Assembly: GCA_964457085.1 (NCBI GenBank)
Contig: CAYWDM010000003.1
Coordinates: forward strand, 186 to 64,185
DNA length: 64,000 nucleotides
Source: an uncultured Pseudomonadales bacterium
GTDB taxonomy: Bacteria > Patescibacteriota > Microgenomatia > UBA1400 > PJMF01
Direction of reading: 5' to 3'
Shown: piece after piece, positions 10,832-20,212 of the stretch
Numbering within the stretch: position 1 is the first letter of the stretch
How the letters are laid out: every line of letters begins with the position of its first letter
Made by a program: the position numbers and the translations under genes
The notes under the pieces: model-generated
Told to the model about the DNA's origin: nothing
Database searches by the model: none
Seen by the model: only the letters and a program-made list of their open reading frames with translations

Positions 10832-12142
10832 ATGCTCTCATATCACGTTCACAAACTCGCTTCTGGATTAACAGTTTTGGCATTACCAATGCCGGCTGTT
10901 GAATCTCTAACTGTATTAGCTTTGGCCAATACTGGCTCACGCTATGAGTCTGAGAGTAGGTTTGGGGTGGCACATTTTTTTGAACACATGGTGTTCAAGG
11001 GCACTCGTAACTACGCAGACGCACAAGTGTTAGCGAGTGTGGTTGACGGAGTAGGGGCTGACTTTAATGCCTTTACCAGCAAGGAATATACCGGCTATTA
11101 CGTCAAAGCCTCTGCCAAACATTTCGAGCTGGCGTTAGATGTGGTTTCAGACATGTTGCTGGCTCCAAAATTGAATCAAGTTGATATTGATCGAGAAAAA
11201 GGGGTGATCATTGAAGAACTCAATATGTATGTGGATTCGCCACAGCGGCATATTGAAAATTTGTTTGATCAATTGGTGTTTAAGGGATCAGGTTTAGGTC
11301 ATGACATCATTGGTACCAAAGAGACGATTTCCAACCTACAGAGAGCTGACTTCGAGGCATTTTTAAGTGAATGGTATGGTTTGGGGAATTTGGTTTTGGT
11401 GGTAGCTGGTGACGACAGGGTGGTTGGTGGAGAGCACTTTTTAGATCAAGTATCAACTGCATTTGGCAAACAAATTGAGTTTAATCGACAGTCACAAGTT
11501 ACGGTGATGGACAAACTAGGTCCTAATCCACTGTCATCACAGCTGCAGCACCTTGAATTTCGTGAAACTCAGCAGGCTCATTTCGTATTGGGTTGGCCAG
11601 GATTAAAGAGAAATAGTGATCAGCGGTATGCTCAGTCACTGCTTTCAGTGATGCTGGGTGGCAACATGAGCTCGAGATTATTCAGTGAGGTGAGAGAGAA
11701 GCGTGGCCTTTGTTACTATGTACACAGTGCCATAGACCAATTTCATGACACGGGCATGTTTGGTGGGGCAGCGGGAGTCGATCCAGCCAGACTCGAGGAG
11801 GCAATTAAAGTTACTATCGGTGAGTTTGAGCAGGTAGCAAATGGCAAAAAGCCGTTTTCAGACGTTGAATTGAACAGAGCCAAAGAGTACATGAATGGAA
11901 AAATGGTGTTGGGGCTCGAAGATAGTGAGTCAGTGGCACAGTATTTTGGCATGAAGCAGCTATTACTGGGCAAAATCGAGACTCCAGAGGAGGTTCTGGA
12001 ACACATTCAGACGGTGACTTTGGACGAAATTCATCAGTTAGCGAAGCAATTAATCGTGCCAAATGAACTGCGATTTGCGTTAATTGGACCATTCAAAGAG
12101 CCGGAAGTGATTTCAAAATGGGTACAAGAGGCACATCAGTAA
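10832..12142 (+). CDS. M16-family zinc peptidase (insulinase/pitrilysin-like)
   Basis: Inverted zinc-binding motif HFFEHMVFKGT (HxxEH) near the N-terminus; 436 aa, typical M16 length. Confidence 0.8.
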   Translation: MLSYHVHKLASGLTVLALPMPAVESLTVLALANTGSRYESESRFGVAHFFEHMVFKGTRNYADAQVLASVVDGVGADFNAFTSKEYTGYYVKASAKHFELALDVVSDMLLAPKLNQVDIDREKGVIIEELNMYVDSPQRHIENLFDQLVFKGSGLGHDIIGTKETISNLQRADFEAFLSEWYGLGNLVLVVAGDDRVVGGEHFLDQVSTAFGKQIEFNRQSQVTVMDKLGPNPLSSQLQHLEFRETQQAHFVLGWPGLKRNSDQRYAQSLLSVMLGGNMSSRLFSEVREKRGLCYYVHSAIDQFHDTGMFGGAAGVDPARLEEAIKVTIGEFEQVANGKKPFSDVELNRAKEYMNGKMVLGLEDSESVAQYFGMKQLLLGKIETPEEVLEHIQTVTLDEIHQLAKQLIVPNELRFALIGPFKEPEVISKWVQEAHQ

Positions 12143-12287
12143 TTAATAATAAAGTATATTAAAAGATATTAAGATATAATTTGATATAGAAAACAAGAAA
12201 AACCAGACTAAAATAGAGGTAATAAGTTTGATAATTTGAGAAATTAAAGTAATCATTAAGTATCAAAATAGTAAAAAAGGAGACAAC

Positions 12288-12755
12288 ATGCAAGCAAGAA
12301 CTGCAGTGCTGGTAAAACCAGATGGATTACAACGAGGCTTGATCGGTGAGATCATCAGTCGCTTTGAACGTAAAGGCTTGAAGCTGGTGGGTTTGAAGAT
12401 GGTGCAAATGACCGACAAAATGCTGAGTGATTGGTATGTTGAGCACAAAGACAGAAGTTTCTTTGGCGACCTCAAATCATTCATGGGTTCGATGCCAATT
12501 GTGGCCATGGCTTGGGAGGGTGTTGATGCAGTGCCAGTGGTTCGCAAGTTGGTAGGCACCACATTAGGTCGTGAGGCTGAGGCTGGTTCAATTCGAGGTG
12601 ATTATGGTATGAGTCAACAAATGAATCTAATTCATGCATCTTCAAGTAATGATGATGCAGCTCGTGAAATTGATATCGTTTTTACCAAAAAAGAACTCTT
12701 TTCATATCATGGGACTTTAGAGTGTGTGATCTATGCAGATCAGGAGCGCAAATAG
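12288..12755 (+). CDS. ndk: nucleoside-diphosphate kinase
   Basis: 155 aa; TAVLVKPDG...NLIHASSS matches the NDK active-site region (NxxHGSD-like). Confidence 0.9.
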   Translation: MQARTAVLVKPDGLQRGLIGEIISRFERKGLKLVGLKMVQMTDKMLSDWYVEHKDRSFFGDLKSFMGSMPIVAMAWEGVDAVPVVRKLVGTTLGREAEAGSIRGDYGMSQQMNLIHASSSNDDAAREIDIVFTKKELFSYHGTLECVIYADQERK

Positions 12756-12786
12756 TTGCTGATTGTTACTAGATAATTTTGAAACG

Positions 12787-12824
12787 AAAAACCCCGCCTT
12801 GAGAAATCGAGAGCGGGGTTTTAA
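12787..12824. terminator. rho-independent terminator (bidirectional) after ndk
   Basis: aaaaaccccgc-loop-gcggggtttt hairpin flanked by A/T runs. Confidence 0.7.
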
Positions 12825-12833
12825 ATGTATTTT

Positions 12834-13202
12834 TTACCCAAGGACGTTGCCAGCTGCTTTCAGAATACCTACATTGCTTGGTGTAACAAATTTAATCTGG
12901 TCAGCAGTATATTCTCGAGTATATCCAACTCCACCAGGCCAAGTTAACACATTTGCACCTGGATCGGTATCATGCGAACCTGCTTGGGGAAATTCAGCGA
13001 TAATTATACCTTTATCAACTGAAACAACTCTAAAAATTTCCCATATAGTTTTGCCAGATTCACCAACCCAATGGCCACAGTCACCTGGTTGCCAATCATG
13101 GGCTTCTTCTTCTTTCCTGTTCACTTTTTCTTCTACCATAAACCCTTTCTTGTTATTTTGATTAGTATACATCAAGATAATATTGAAATGATGTGCTCCC
13201 AC
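12834..13202 (-). CDS. hypothetical protein
   Basis: 122-aa ORF with GTG start lying inside the duplicated tRNA-Arg 3' segment. An internal ATG (MVEEK, ~13139) is an alternative start. No recognisable domain. Confidence 0.3.
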   Translation of the reverse strand: MGAHHFNIILMYTNQNNKKGFMVEEKVNRKEEEAHDWQPGDCGHWVGESGKTIWEIFRVVSVDKGIIIAEFPQAGSHDTDPGANVLTWPGGVGYTREYTADQIKFVTPSNVGILKAAGNVLG

Positions 13203-13208
13203 CGGGAA

Positions 13209-13347
13209 GCTCCCTTTCAGGGATTAGCCACGGGCTTCGTAGGTTGTGTATCAGTGAAATACCCGCCTCCCTTGGCGGCAGGACCAAATGTCCATTTCCT
13301 ACGATGAGGTCAAATCATTAAAAACATCTTTAGGAAAAGATATTTTT
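13209..13347 (-). mobile_element. ~139-bp mini-element 3' of tRNA-Arg, flanked by a 22-bp direct repeat of the tRNA 3' end (13187-13208 and 13348-13369)
   Basis: Direct repeat aat[g/a]atgtgctcccaccgggaa, 21/22 identical. Insert starts with an A/T-run hairpin and holds a core related to GCCCGTGGC / cccttggcgg shared with other copies. Confidence 0.45.
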
Positions 13348-13354
13348 AATAATG

Positions 13355-13426
13355 TGCTCCCACCGGGAATCGGACCTGGATTTAAGGTTTAGGAAACCTC
13401 CGTTCTATCCGTTGAACTATGGGAGC
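13355..13426 (-). tRNA. tRNA-Arg (anticodon CCT)
   Basis: Hand-folded cloverleaf: acceptor GCTCCCA/TGGGAGC, D-arm GTTC..GAAC, anticodon loop TTCCTAA, T-arm CCAGG-TCCGATT-CCCGG; 72 nt. Confidence 0.8.
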
Positions 13427-13615
13427 ATGCGGATATCTGGATTATAGCGATTTTTTTTGAAAAAGGGGTAAAGTTGGGATGTGGCAGAAAGCTGGTCTTA
13501 GACTGCTGAAATTGTAGACAACATTAACGTTAAAATATTCAATTGGATTGAACTTGACTTGATCTAATAATTCAAATTCTTAACAATCTATTGTATTGGA
13601 GCAACAGCTTTGAGA

Positions 13616-14047
13616 TCAGGATTCCTCTGATCGTCTAACGAGTTCATCCATCAATGCATGCTCATTGTAGGATGCCCCTTTTTCCTCAATTTTTCCAAAA
13701 TATTTATATCCTGGAGTGGCTATCGTTGGGCGTCGTGAATAATCATGCGGGTAACTTCTCCAAGTATTTTCGTCAACCTCTTGACTTAGGCGAAAATGAC
13801 CATGGTAACTATTGCTGGAGCTTGTGAATTGTTTAATTAATTGTAGTAGTCCAACCCAATCCTGTGAGGCACCAAGTTGACTAAGTTGTTGTTTTATTCT
13901 GTCGTCAAAAACGGCTATGGGTTCTTTAGAGTTTAATTCGGTTGTGATGCCCATTGGTTGCAGGATATACTGCAACCTGTTCCAGATATATTCTGTTTTA
14001 AGAGTCTTTGCCCATTCTTTCATTTCCGCTTCATTTTGTTCAGACAT
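13616..14047 (-). CDS. hypothetical protein
   Basis: 143-aa ORF between two tRNA genes; no recognisable motif. Confidence 0.4.
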   Translation of the reverse strand: MSEQNEAEMKEWAKTLKTEYIWNRLQYILQPMGITTELNSKEPIAVFDDRIKQQLSQLGASQDWVGLLQLIKQFTSSSNSYHGHFRLSQEVDENTWRSYPHDYSRRPTIATPGYKYFGKIEEKGASYNEHALMDELVRRSEES

Positions 14048-14235
14048 ATACGAATTGATGCTTTTGTTGAGGCAATTCTTGCACGATCCGAGTGTTTCGT
14101 TTAGGTGTGTGGGAAATCTAGGAGTATTTGTTGAGTGAGTTTTACTTACTTAGCGGGCACGGGCGTCCGCAACTTGAATATATTTATAAAAGCACCTGCG
14201 GCACTTTTCTAAATATATGTCGGAGATGGCGGACT

Positions 14236-14349
14236 TACCTATTCATGCTCATGATTTTGACAAGCTGAATGATTTCGCTTGATTGGGCACAAGTCGTCCT
14301 TTTCTCATCACGTAGCTTCTAAAAAACCACTTTGTGATTTTTTAGAAGC
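14236..14349 (-). mobile_element. ~114-bp mini-element 3' of tRNA-Pro, flanked by a 22-bp perfect direct repeat tatatgtcggagatggcggact (14214-14235 and 14350-14371)
   Basis: Insert starts (tRNA-proximal end) with a 12-bp A/T-run hairpin gcttctaaaaaa/ttttttagaagc. It contains core tttcgcttgattgggcac, and ends with tcatgagcatga. It is homologous to the Trp-associated copy. Confidence 0.5.
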
Positions 14350-14355
14350 TATATG

Positions 14356-14429
14356 TCGGAGATGGCGGACTCGAACCGCCGACCTTACGATCCCGAACCG
14401 TACGCTCTAGCCATCTGAGCTAATCTCCG
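14356..14429 (-). tRNA. tRNA-Pro (anticodon CGG)
   Basis: Hand-folded: acceptor CGGAGAT/ATCTCCG, D-arm GCTC-AGATGGCTA-GAGC, anticodon loop TTCGGGA, T-arm GGCGG-TTCGAGT-CCGCC. Confidence 0.8.
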
Positions 14430-14487
14430 TTTATTTTTAGGGTACCGTGCTGCCAATTTGAACTGTGGACTTGGCAAGATAGCTCAA

Positions 14488-15852
14488 TTATTTTAACTCA
14501 ATTGTGTATAAATTGAGTGGAGAATCTGGACTGAATGCGGTGGTGATTACCAACCGACTGCCATCAGGCCATGGGTAGACAAAATTATTGGCGAATGGTC
14601 CAGAGTAAATAGTGGTGACGTTGGTGCCATCGTACGTCATGACCTGGATCTTATTGTCTCTGATGAAAAGCACATGCTTGGAGTCAGGGAACCACTGCAT
14701 TGTGTTGACATACATCGAACTGTGATATGAGTTGAAGTTGAGTGCAGTTTGAGCCGAAATAGTGGCTTGTAGAGCCTGGAATGCACTAGGACTGGACTCT
14801 AGCGTCATAGCTTGATTGGAGCTGAGGTCAGTAGCTAGAAGTTTTTTGAACACACCGTCGCTTGTGGTGTTTTCAGCGGCAACTTCAAAATTTTTATCTT
14901 CTTCACGGTCATACACATATATCTTCCCCGGGATGATTTGACGAGTTTCTGATTGAGTATTGCTGGCAGGAAGGGTTGGAGCTATGCCTTTGGGAATAGT
15001 TACTGATTGGGTGGCGGTATAAATGAGGCGTTTTTTGTCTGGTGAAAAATAAACATTTTTTGCAGATTGTGTAGCAACGGCAATTATTTCAGCTGGAAAC
15101 TTGTCCATAAACTGTCTCTCCCGTAGATACATTTCATGTTCCCACTCGGAAAGAATGGTTTTTTTCTTCCATCCAATATCTGGAGTGCGGTCAAGTTCAA
15201 TTTTTTTATCAATGCCAATCAACACATCACCTACAGCTGACATGATCAGTAACTCAGTGCTATCTGGTGACCAAGCTATATTGGCAGTGGCTAAATCATA
15301 TCGAGTGCTGTTGTCAGTGATTTGGCGAGGTCCTTTTTGCATACCAATTAAGTTGCTGATGTTGTTGAAATCAAGTATGTATAGTCCGGTTTTTAGTTGG
15401 CCAGAAGCGGTTGCAACGTAATACACGAGTTTTTGTCCATCTGGTGATGGTAAAACAGAGGAAACTCCAGTAAATGACAGTGGGGTGAGTGTGGGTGCTG
15501 AAGGAAAAAGTTGTGCGTTAGTTTGGGTGACTAGTTGCTCTTCAATGGAAAGGTTTTTTTCCCAAGAAGAATAGCCATCTTTGGAAATCTTGACGTGATA
15601 TTGCTTTGGTTCGAGATAGATAGTGCCATCAGTGGCAGTGACTAATTTGCCGTCAATATAGACTTCAGCACCAGTCGGAAATGAGTTGGCATTGAGCAGC
15701 CCCGTTCGTGGTGTAAAGCCACGGTCGGTATAGCGGAAGTTACCTTGTGCATACTGAATCGCCAAAAAAGTGCCGGCAATAATTATCAGTGCTGAAAATA
15801 CTGTATAGAGTAGTCGGGTATTAATGTGGGCCCATTTTTGTTGCTTCATCAT
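14488..15852 (-). CDS. membrane-anchored PEGA-domain protein with TolB-like beta-propeller repeats
   Basis: N-terminal TM, then PEGA signature (FPTGAEVYIDGKLV...YHVKISKDGY), then repeated WSPD/FSPD propeller-blade motifs. Confidence 0.6.
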   Translation of the reverse strand: MMKQQKWAHINTRLLYTVFSALIIIAGTFLAIQYAQGNFRYTDRGFTPRTGLLNANSFPTGAEVYIDGKLVTATDGTIYLEPKQYHVKISKDGYSSWEKNLSIEEQLVTQTNAQLFPSAPTLTPLSFTGVSSVLPSPDGQKLVYYVATASGQLKTGLYILDFNNISNLIGMQKGPRQITDNSTRYDLATANIAWSPDSTELLIMSAVGDVLIGIDKKIELDRTPDIGWKKKTILSEWEHEMYLRERQFMDKFPAEIIAVATQSAKNVYFSPDKKRLIYTATQSVTIPKGIAPTLPASNTQSETRQIIPGKIYVYDREEDKNFEVAAENTTSDGVFKKLLATDLSSNQAMTLESSPSAFQALQATISAQTALNFNSYHSSMYVNTMQWFPDSKHVLFIRDNKIQVMTYDGTNVTTIYSGPFANNFVYPWPDGSRLVITTAFSPDSPLNLYTIELK

Positions 15853-16897
15853 TTCAGTGTATTATAGCAACACCATGCCTAGAACATTATTACAAATTGT
15901 GCCCAAACTGGGTGTTGATATGGGTCGAGCGACCACCAGGTTTTGGCTGGAGGGTAGAGGAGTGGTTTTGGAAGAGGCAAGCTGCATCGCAATCGATGAC
16001 ACAACAGGAAAACTGATTGCAGTTGGTAATCAAGCCGCTCAGTTGCATCAGCGACTAGGTGAAGGGGTGCGAGTCGAGTGGTTGATCCAAGATGGCTTAA
16101 TTACAGATAGTGAACTAGTTATAAAGTTTTTGCATGCATTGTTGGGTAGGGTTTTGCCATATCGACTCATTGGTCCGATTGTATTGCTCAGCTTGCCCAG
16201 CGGTACCGCAGTAGCCATGGAGTCTGCATTGGTAAAAATCTGGCATAGTTTGGGAGCTCTTGAAGTATCTGTAATCGCTCAACCACTAGCTGCGGCTATT
16301 GGTTCTGGCGTACCTATTGCGGAGGCAAGCGGGGCGTTAATTGCGGTGTTAGGTGCTGGTGTTTTGGAAGCAGCTGGAGTGGCACTGGGAAGTCAAATCG
16401 TGGCTCGAAAGTCGCTCCAAGGTGGAGAATATATTGATGATTTAATCATGGCAGAGTTACGACAAAATCAACACTTTCTAGTGAGTAAAGAAGTTGCTCA
16501 ATTATTAAAAGAAAAACTGCTGAGTGTCAAAAAATCAATGCAACCACAAACAGTGATAGGCAAAAGTACGCTGTCAGGTGCTCCACAAGAATTAACCATC
16601 AAAACTGCACTACTTCATGAACCAGCAGTATTTCTCGCACAAGAAGTTTCTGGTTTAGTTAAAGAAGTATTGCGAGTACTCAGTCCAGCTGTAACCACAG
16701 ATGTAGTGACCAAGGGGTTGTTGCTGGCTGGTGGTTTGTCTCAAGTTGCTGGATTAGATGATTACTTGGTGCAGCGTTTGGGAATACCAGTGTCTGTGGT
16801 TGAAGATCCAAAGCATGTGGTAATCAACGGAATTGGTGAAGTGCTGACGAATTACCTCGAGTTTAAGGGGAGTTTGGGGTATCGGCAAATAAAGTAA
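15824..16897 (+). CDS. MreB/actin-like protein with degenerate nucleotide-binding motifs
   Basis: Collinear with MreB (LGVDMGRATT...; QPLAAAIGSGVPI...; LLAGGLSQVAGLDDYL...IPVSVVEDP). Phosphate-2 motif DIGGGTT is replaced by VLGAGVL. Likely true start is MPRTLL (~15875). Confidence 0.6.
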   Translation: MWAHFCCFIISVYYSNTMPRTLLQIVPKLGVDMGRATTRFWLEGRGVVLEEASCIAIDDTTGKLIAVGNQAAQLHQRLGEGVRVEWLIQDGLITDSELVIKFLHALLGRVLPYRLIGPIVLLSLPSGTAVAMESALVKIWHSLGALEVSVIAQPLAAAIGSGVPIAEASGALIAVLGAGVLEAAGVALGSQIVARKSLQGGEYIDDLIMAELRQNQHFLVSKEVAQLLKEKLLSVKKSMQPQTVIGKSTLSGAPQELTIKTALLHEPAVFLAQEVSGLVKEVLRVLSPAVTTDVVTKGLLLAGGLSQVAGLDDYLVQRLGIPVSVVEDPKHVVINGIGEVLTNYLEFKGSLGYRQIK

Positions 16898-16935
16898 AGA
16901 TGATATAGTTATTTTCAATTAAATGAAAGGAAGAT

Positions 16936-17232
16936 ATGGTAGATACAAAAGTTCCTGGACCAGCTGATGCTGAAACTTGGGTTAGAAACGTAATGGAAAT
17001 AAATGCAGATGCTAAAGATGGAGCTGGCAGTGCAAAAGAAGGTGAAGTTGAAATGTTGGTAGAAACTCAAGTAGATGCTGCACTTAACGTATTAGGCTTT
17101 GATCCAACTGTAATTGAGGAACTAAGACCAGAGTTAATCAAAGTTGCATTGGAAGCAGTGAATTCTGGCAAGATCAAAGCTGACCAGGTTGCCGCTTTTA
17201 TTACTGAAGACCTTTCGCAACCTAATGATTAG
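16936..17232 (+). CDS. hypothetical small acidic protein
   Basis: 98-aa ORF, good RBS (aaggaag), no domain recognised. Confidence 0.35.
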   Translation: MVDTKVPGPADAETWVRNVMEINADAKDGAGSAKEGEVEMLVETQVDAALNVLGFDPTVIEELRPELIKVALEAVNSGKIKADQVAAFITEDLSQPND

Positions 17233-18650
17233 GGTATTTCTAACAGTTTCTTAAACTGTTCCCCTCGATCTCGATAATCTTTGAATGTATTAAAACTGGC
17301 TGCAGCTGGACTCAGTAAAACGACGTCTCCAGCTAAGGCCAGTTTTTTAGTAGCAGTTATTGCTTCCTGCATGGTGGTGATGAAGAAATATTCAGGAATG
17401 TGTGTTGCACCAGCTGATTGTGCAGCTGCTTGTGCAGCTGCTTGAACATCGTTCAGTAATCTCTCCCCAGTGGTTGGAAAAAGAATCAAAGCTTTGATAT
17501 TTGCACTCACGATTTTTTGAGCGAGCTCAGTGTAATCTTGATGCCGTTCATATCCACCAGCCAGTAAAACAATGGGGTTTCCAGCGAAAGCTTCGATAGC
17601 ACTGATGGTTGCATTTGGCTCAGTGGCGAGTGAGTCATTGAAGTAACGTACCCCATCGACCTCGCCGACAAATTCCAGGCGGTGAGGAAGCGAACGGAAA
17701 CTGAGAATGCCGTCAGCTATCTGTTGGTTGCTCAGTCCATAGTGTTTGCCAATGATGATACTCGGAATGATATTAAGTAGGTTGTGCTTACCAGGTAACG
17801 GTATTTGGTTGGCAGACATCAGAGCTTCACCATGGTAGCAAATAGTTCCGCCGTCTAGCCAAACGATCTCTGATGATGCATGTGTGGTTAGGCTAAAAGT
17901 AAGTTGTTTTGCTGAGCCAAGCTTAGCAATTTTAGTTGGGTTAGTAAAATCTCGATTAAAAATTACTAAGTCGTCACTAGTTTGGTGTGAAGCTATCGCA
18001 GATTTGGCTGCAACATATGCCTCGGTAGTGGGGTAGTAGTCAAGATGTTCAGTGGTAATATCTTGAATAACGCTAATGTGTGGGCTGTAGGGCAAGTGTT
18101 GTAATTGATGGCAAGAAAGTTCTACGACTGCGAGACTTTTTTCTGTTAAATTATCGAGGCCAGAAAGTGGGGGAGTCCCAATGTTTCCGAGTAATACTGC
18201 GTCAAGACCACCAGCAACTAGTACGTGATGAATTACACTTGAGGTAGTGCTTTTGCCTTTGGTTCCAGTGATGCCAATGATTGGACAAGGGCAAAGTTCA
18301 AAAAAAAGTTGCGTGTTTGAGTGCAGCTGGCAGCCATGACTAAGTGCCTGTTGGATTGGTGGTTGGTCGGTGCGAATTCCTGGTGTGATGAATAGCACCT
18401 CAGATTTTTCAAGCTCAGATAAATATGAGTCTCCCAATTTCCACTCAAGCAATTGGTCAGTTTTTTTAATCTCAAACCACTCTGGCGATAGCTGTTCAAG
18501 ACTTTGACGATCAGCCAAGCTAAAAATTTGGTTGGGTAGGGCAGCACGCAAAAAGTGATATGTAGCCAGTCCCTCTCGAGCCAAACCAATAATGCAAATC
18601 GATTTGTTTTGCAGTTTAGTGATGGCTGGATGTGTTGACCAATTTGTCAT
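17229..18650 (-). CDS. murD: Mur ligase, most likely UDP-N-acetylmuramoylalanine--D-glutamate ligase
   Basis: N-terminal Rossmann-like segment (ICIIGLAREGLATYHFL), Mur ligase P-loop GITGTKGKSTTSS, 473 aa. Confidence 0.65.
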   Translation of the reverse strand: MTNWSTHPAITKLQNKSICIIGLAREGLATYHFLRAALPNQIFSLADRQSLEQLSPEWFEIKKTDQLLEWKLGDSYLSELEKSEVLFITPGIRTDQPPIQQALSHGCQLHSNTQLFFELCPCPIIGITGTKGKSTTSSVIHHVLVAGGLDAVLLGNIGTPPLSGLDNLTEKSLAVVELSCHQLQHLPYSPHISVIQDITTEHLDYYPTTEAYVAAKSAIASHQTSDDLVIFNRDFTNPTKIAKLGSAKQLTFSLTTHASSEIVWLDGGTICYHGEALMSANQIPLPGKHNLLNIIPSIIIGKHYGLSNQQIADGILSFRSLPHRLEFVGEVDGVRYFNDSLATEPNATISAIEAFAGNPIVLLAGGYERHQDYTELAQKIVSANIKALILFPTTGERLLNDVQAAAQAAAQSAGATHIPEYFFITTMQEAITATKKLALAGDVVLLSPAAASFNTFKDYRDRGEQFKKLLEIP

Positions 18651-18654
18651 AATT

Positions 18655-20175
18655 TTAGGTGCTCGGACTTGGAGTTAATAAGTCTTTAAGAGCAAACTCT
18701 AAGTCCTGCGGTAAGTGATGTTCGCTATCCCAGGCATTGAGTAGCTCGCTGAGCGGTTTTGCAGTTTCTAATGCAACAGCGACTTTCTCTTTAATATCTT
18801 TGAGTACCACTGGCAAGGTGAGGTCTTTTTCTTCAAGCTGTTTGATGCGATGAGCAAGCGCAGATAGCACTTCGGCTTTGGTGCCGACACACTCAAATGG
18901 TTTGTTAGCCTCAAAGCCAATTAATTGGTGAAAAATCGGTATCAAGTCAGCATCTTCATATAAGTTATGATCAAAAATTTGACCAACCAAAATTGTCTCC
19001 TCTAAGAAGCAGGACAACAAAGTGAAGACAAAGGCACATTTAGGACATTTTTGGCACCAGGTATTGGTTTTTTGGCCCACATTACAGCTGCGGAAAACCG
19101 GCCAAAATCCTGGATAGTGACTGAATTGTTTAGCAATTTGAACTTCTCCTAGTGGTCGTAAGATTGAAAAATAGCCTGGTTGGACGGGATATTGGCCAAA
19201 CCACTCATTTAAATATTCGCGAAAAGTTGTTTCAAATGCAAAGGTTTTTGAATATTGATGGTTGATGGTGAGATCGTGCCAAATTAGATTTCCTTCGTTG
19301 GCTGAGTTTTCATTCGAGACAACCACTTGCTCATATCCATAGATGCGAGCGGCCAGGATGCTGACAAACGCAAAATAGGCACTAAATGGCGTGTGTCCAT
19401 TTAGATATCCTAGAGCATTCAATTCGAGTAGGTGTGGATCAATTACTCGAGTAATACGGTGAATTTGAGTTGCATTAGACTGTGCTGCGACTGCTTCCGC
19501 AGCAGGGGAGAGTGGTGCTAATAAAATGGCACCATATGCAAAGCGATCGCTTTGGGTGCGGTTAAGCTGATCTAAGAAACCTAAAGTTACCGCTGAGTCT
19601 TTACCACCACCGACACCAACTAAAAATCGAGTTCGTGGGAGTATTGGAGGTTGTTCCAATTCAGATGAAGCGATAATAGTGTTTGCGGCAGCGGCAGAAA
19701 GCACGTCACCATCAAGCACAGTTTCTTGGTTAGTGATAGTGGATAGGTGAATATCTTGGTCTGAATCTGATGTGCTGTCAGATTGGCACTCAAACCGCAA
19801 TAAGCCTGGTTGCGATGGATCAATCTCATTTCGGTAAAAAAACTCAGCTAAACCATTGAGATAAAGTTCATGCCACCAAGCCAACTGTCCTGTTGATAAT
19901 TGACCTGCCTGAATAATAAATTGCGGTGAGCAAGTGGCTTTCCAGTAGCTGATTGCCTCAATCATTCCTAAATGAAGTAAATAATTGTTAGCTTCACTGG
20001 TGGCCAACCATTGACTAGTGGTATCTGGTACAGAATGAAAAGTGAGGTGAGGCACAAATTGATACTCACCAACTTGAAACTGAAACTCTACCACCAAATC
20101 ATTTTCAGAAAAATGCCAAGAGAATGATTTGAAGACAAACAATGGATATTGTTTTCTGAGCTGAGTAAACTGCAT
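18655..20175 (-). CDS. PP-loop superfamily ATP pyrophosphatase-like protein of unknown specificity
   Basis: SGGxDS-type PP-loop (LVGVGGGKDSAV) at ~residue 190, preceded by an unknown N-terminal domain, followed by a Cys cluster (CQKCPKC). Co-operonic with murD. Confidence 0.5.
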   Translation of the reverse strand: MQFTQLRKQYPLFVFKSFSWHFSENDLVVEFQFQVGEYQFVPHLTFHSVPDTTSQWLATSEANNYLLHLGMIEAISYWKATCSPQFIIQAGQLSTGQLAWWHELYLNGLAEFFYRNEIDPSQPGLLRFECQSDSTSDSDQDIHLSTITNQETVLDGDVLSAAAANTIIASSELEQPPILPRTRFLVGVGGGKDSAVTLGFLDQLNRTQSDRFAYGAILLAPLSPAAEAVAAQSNATQIHRITRVIDPHLLELNALGYLNGHTPFSAYFAFVSILAARIYGYEQVVVSNENSANEGNLIWHDLTINHQYSKTFAFETTFREYLNEWFGQYPVQPGYFSILRPLGEVQIAKQFSHYPGFWPVFRSCNVGQKTNTWCQKCPKCAFVFTLLSCFLEETILVGQIFDHNLYEDADLIPIFHQLIGFEANKPFECVGTKAEVLSALAHRIKQLEEKDLTLPVVLKDIKEKVAVALETAKPLSELLNAWDSEHHLPQDLEFALKDLLTPSPST

Positions 20176-20212
20176 TGGAAGCTATTATAATGGACTTGCT
20201 GCAAAACTTGCT

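Noticed and set aside
13194-13290. Second tRNA-like gene downstream of tRNA-Arg (shares the TGGGAGCA 3' end)
   Set aside because: No matching 5' acceptor strand, D-arm or anticodon arm could be folded. It is a partial duplicate of the tRNA-Arg 3' end (a repeat flank), not a tRNA.
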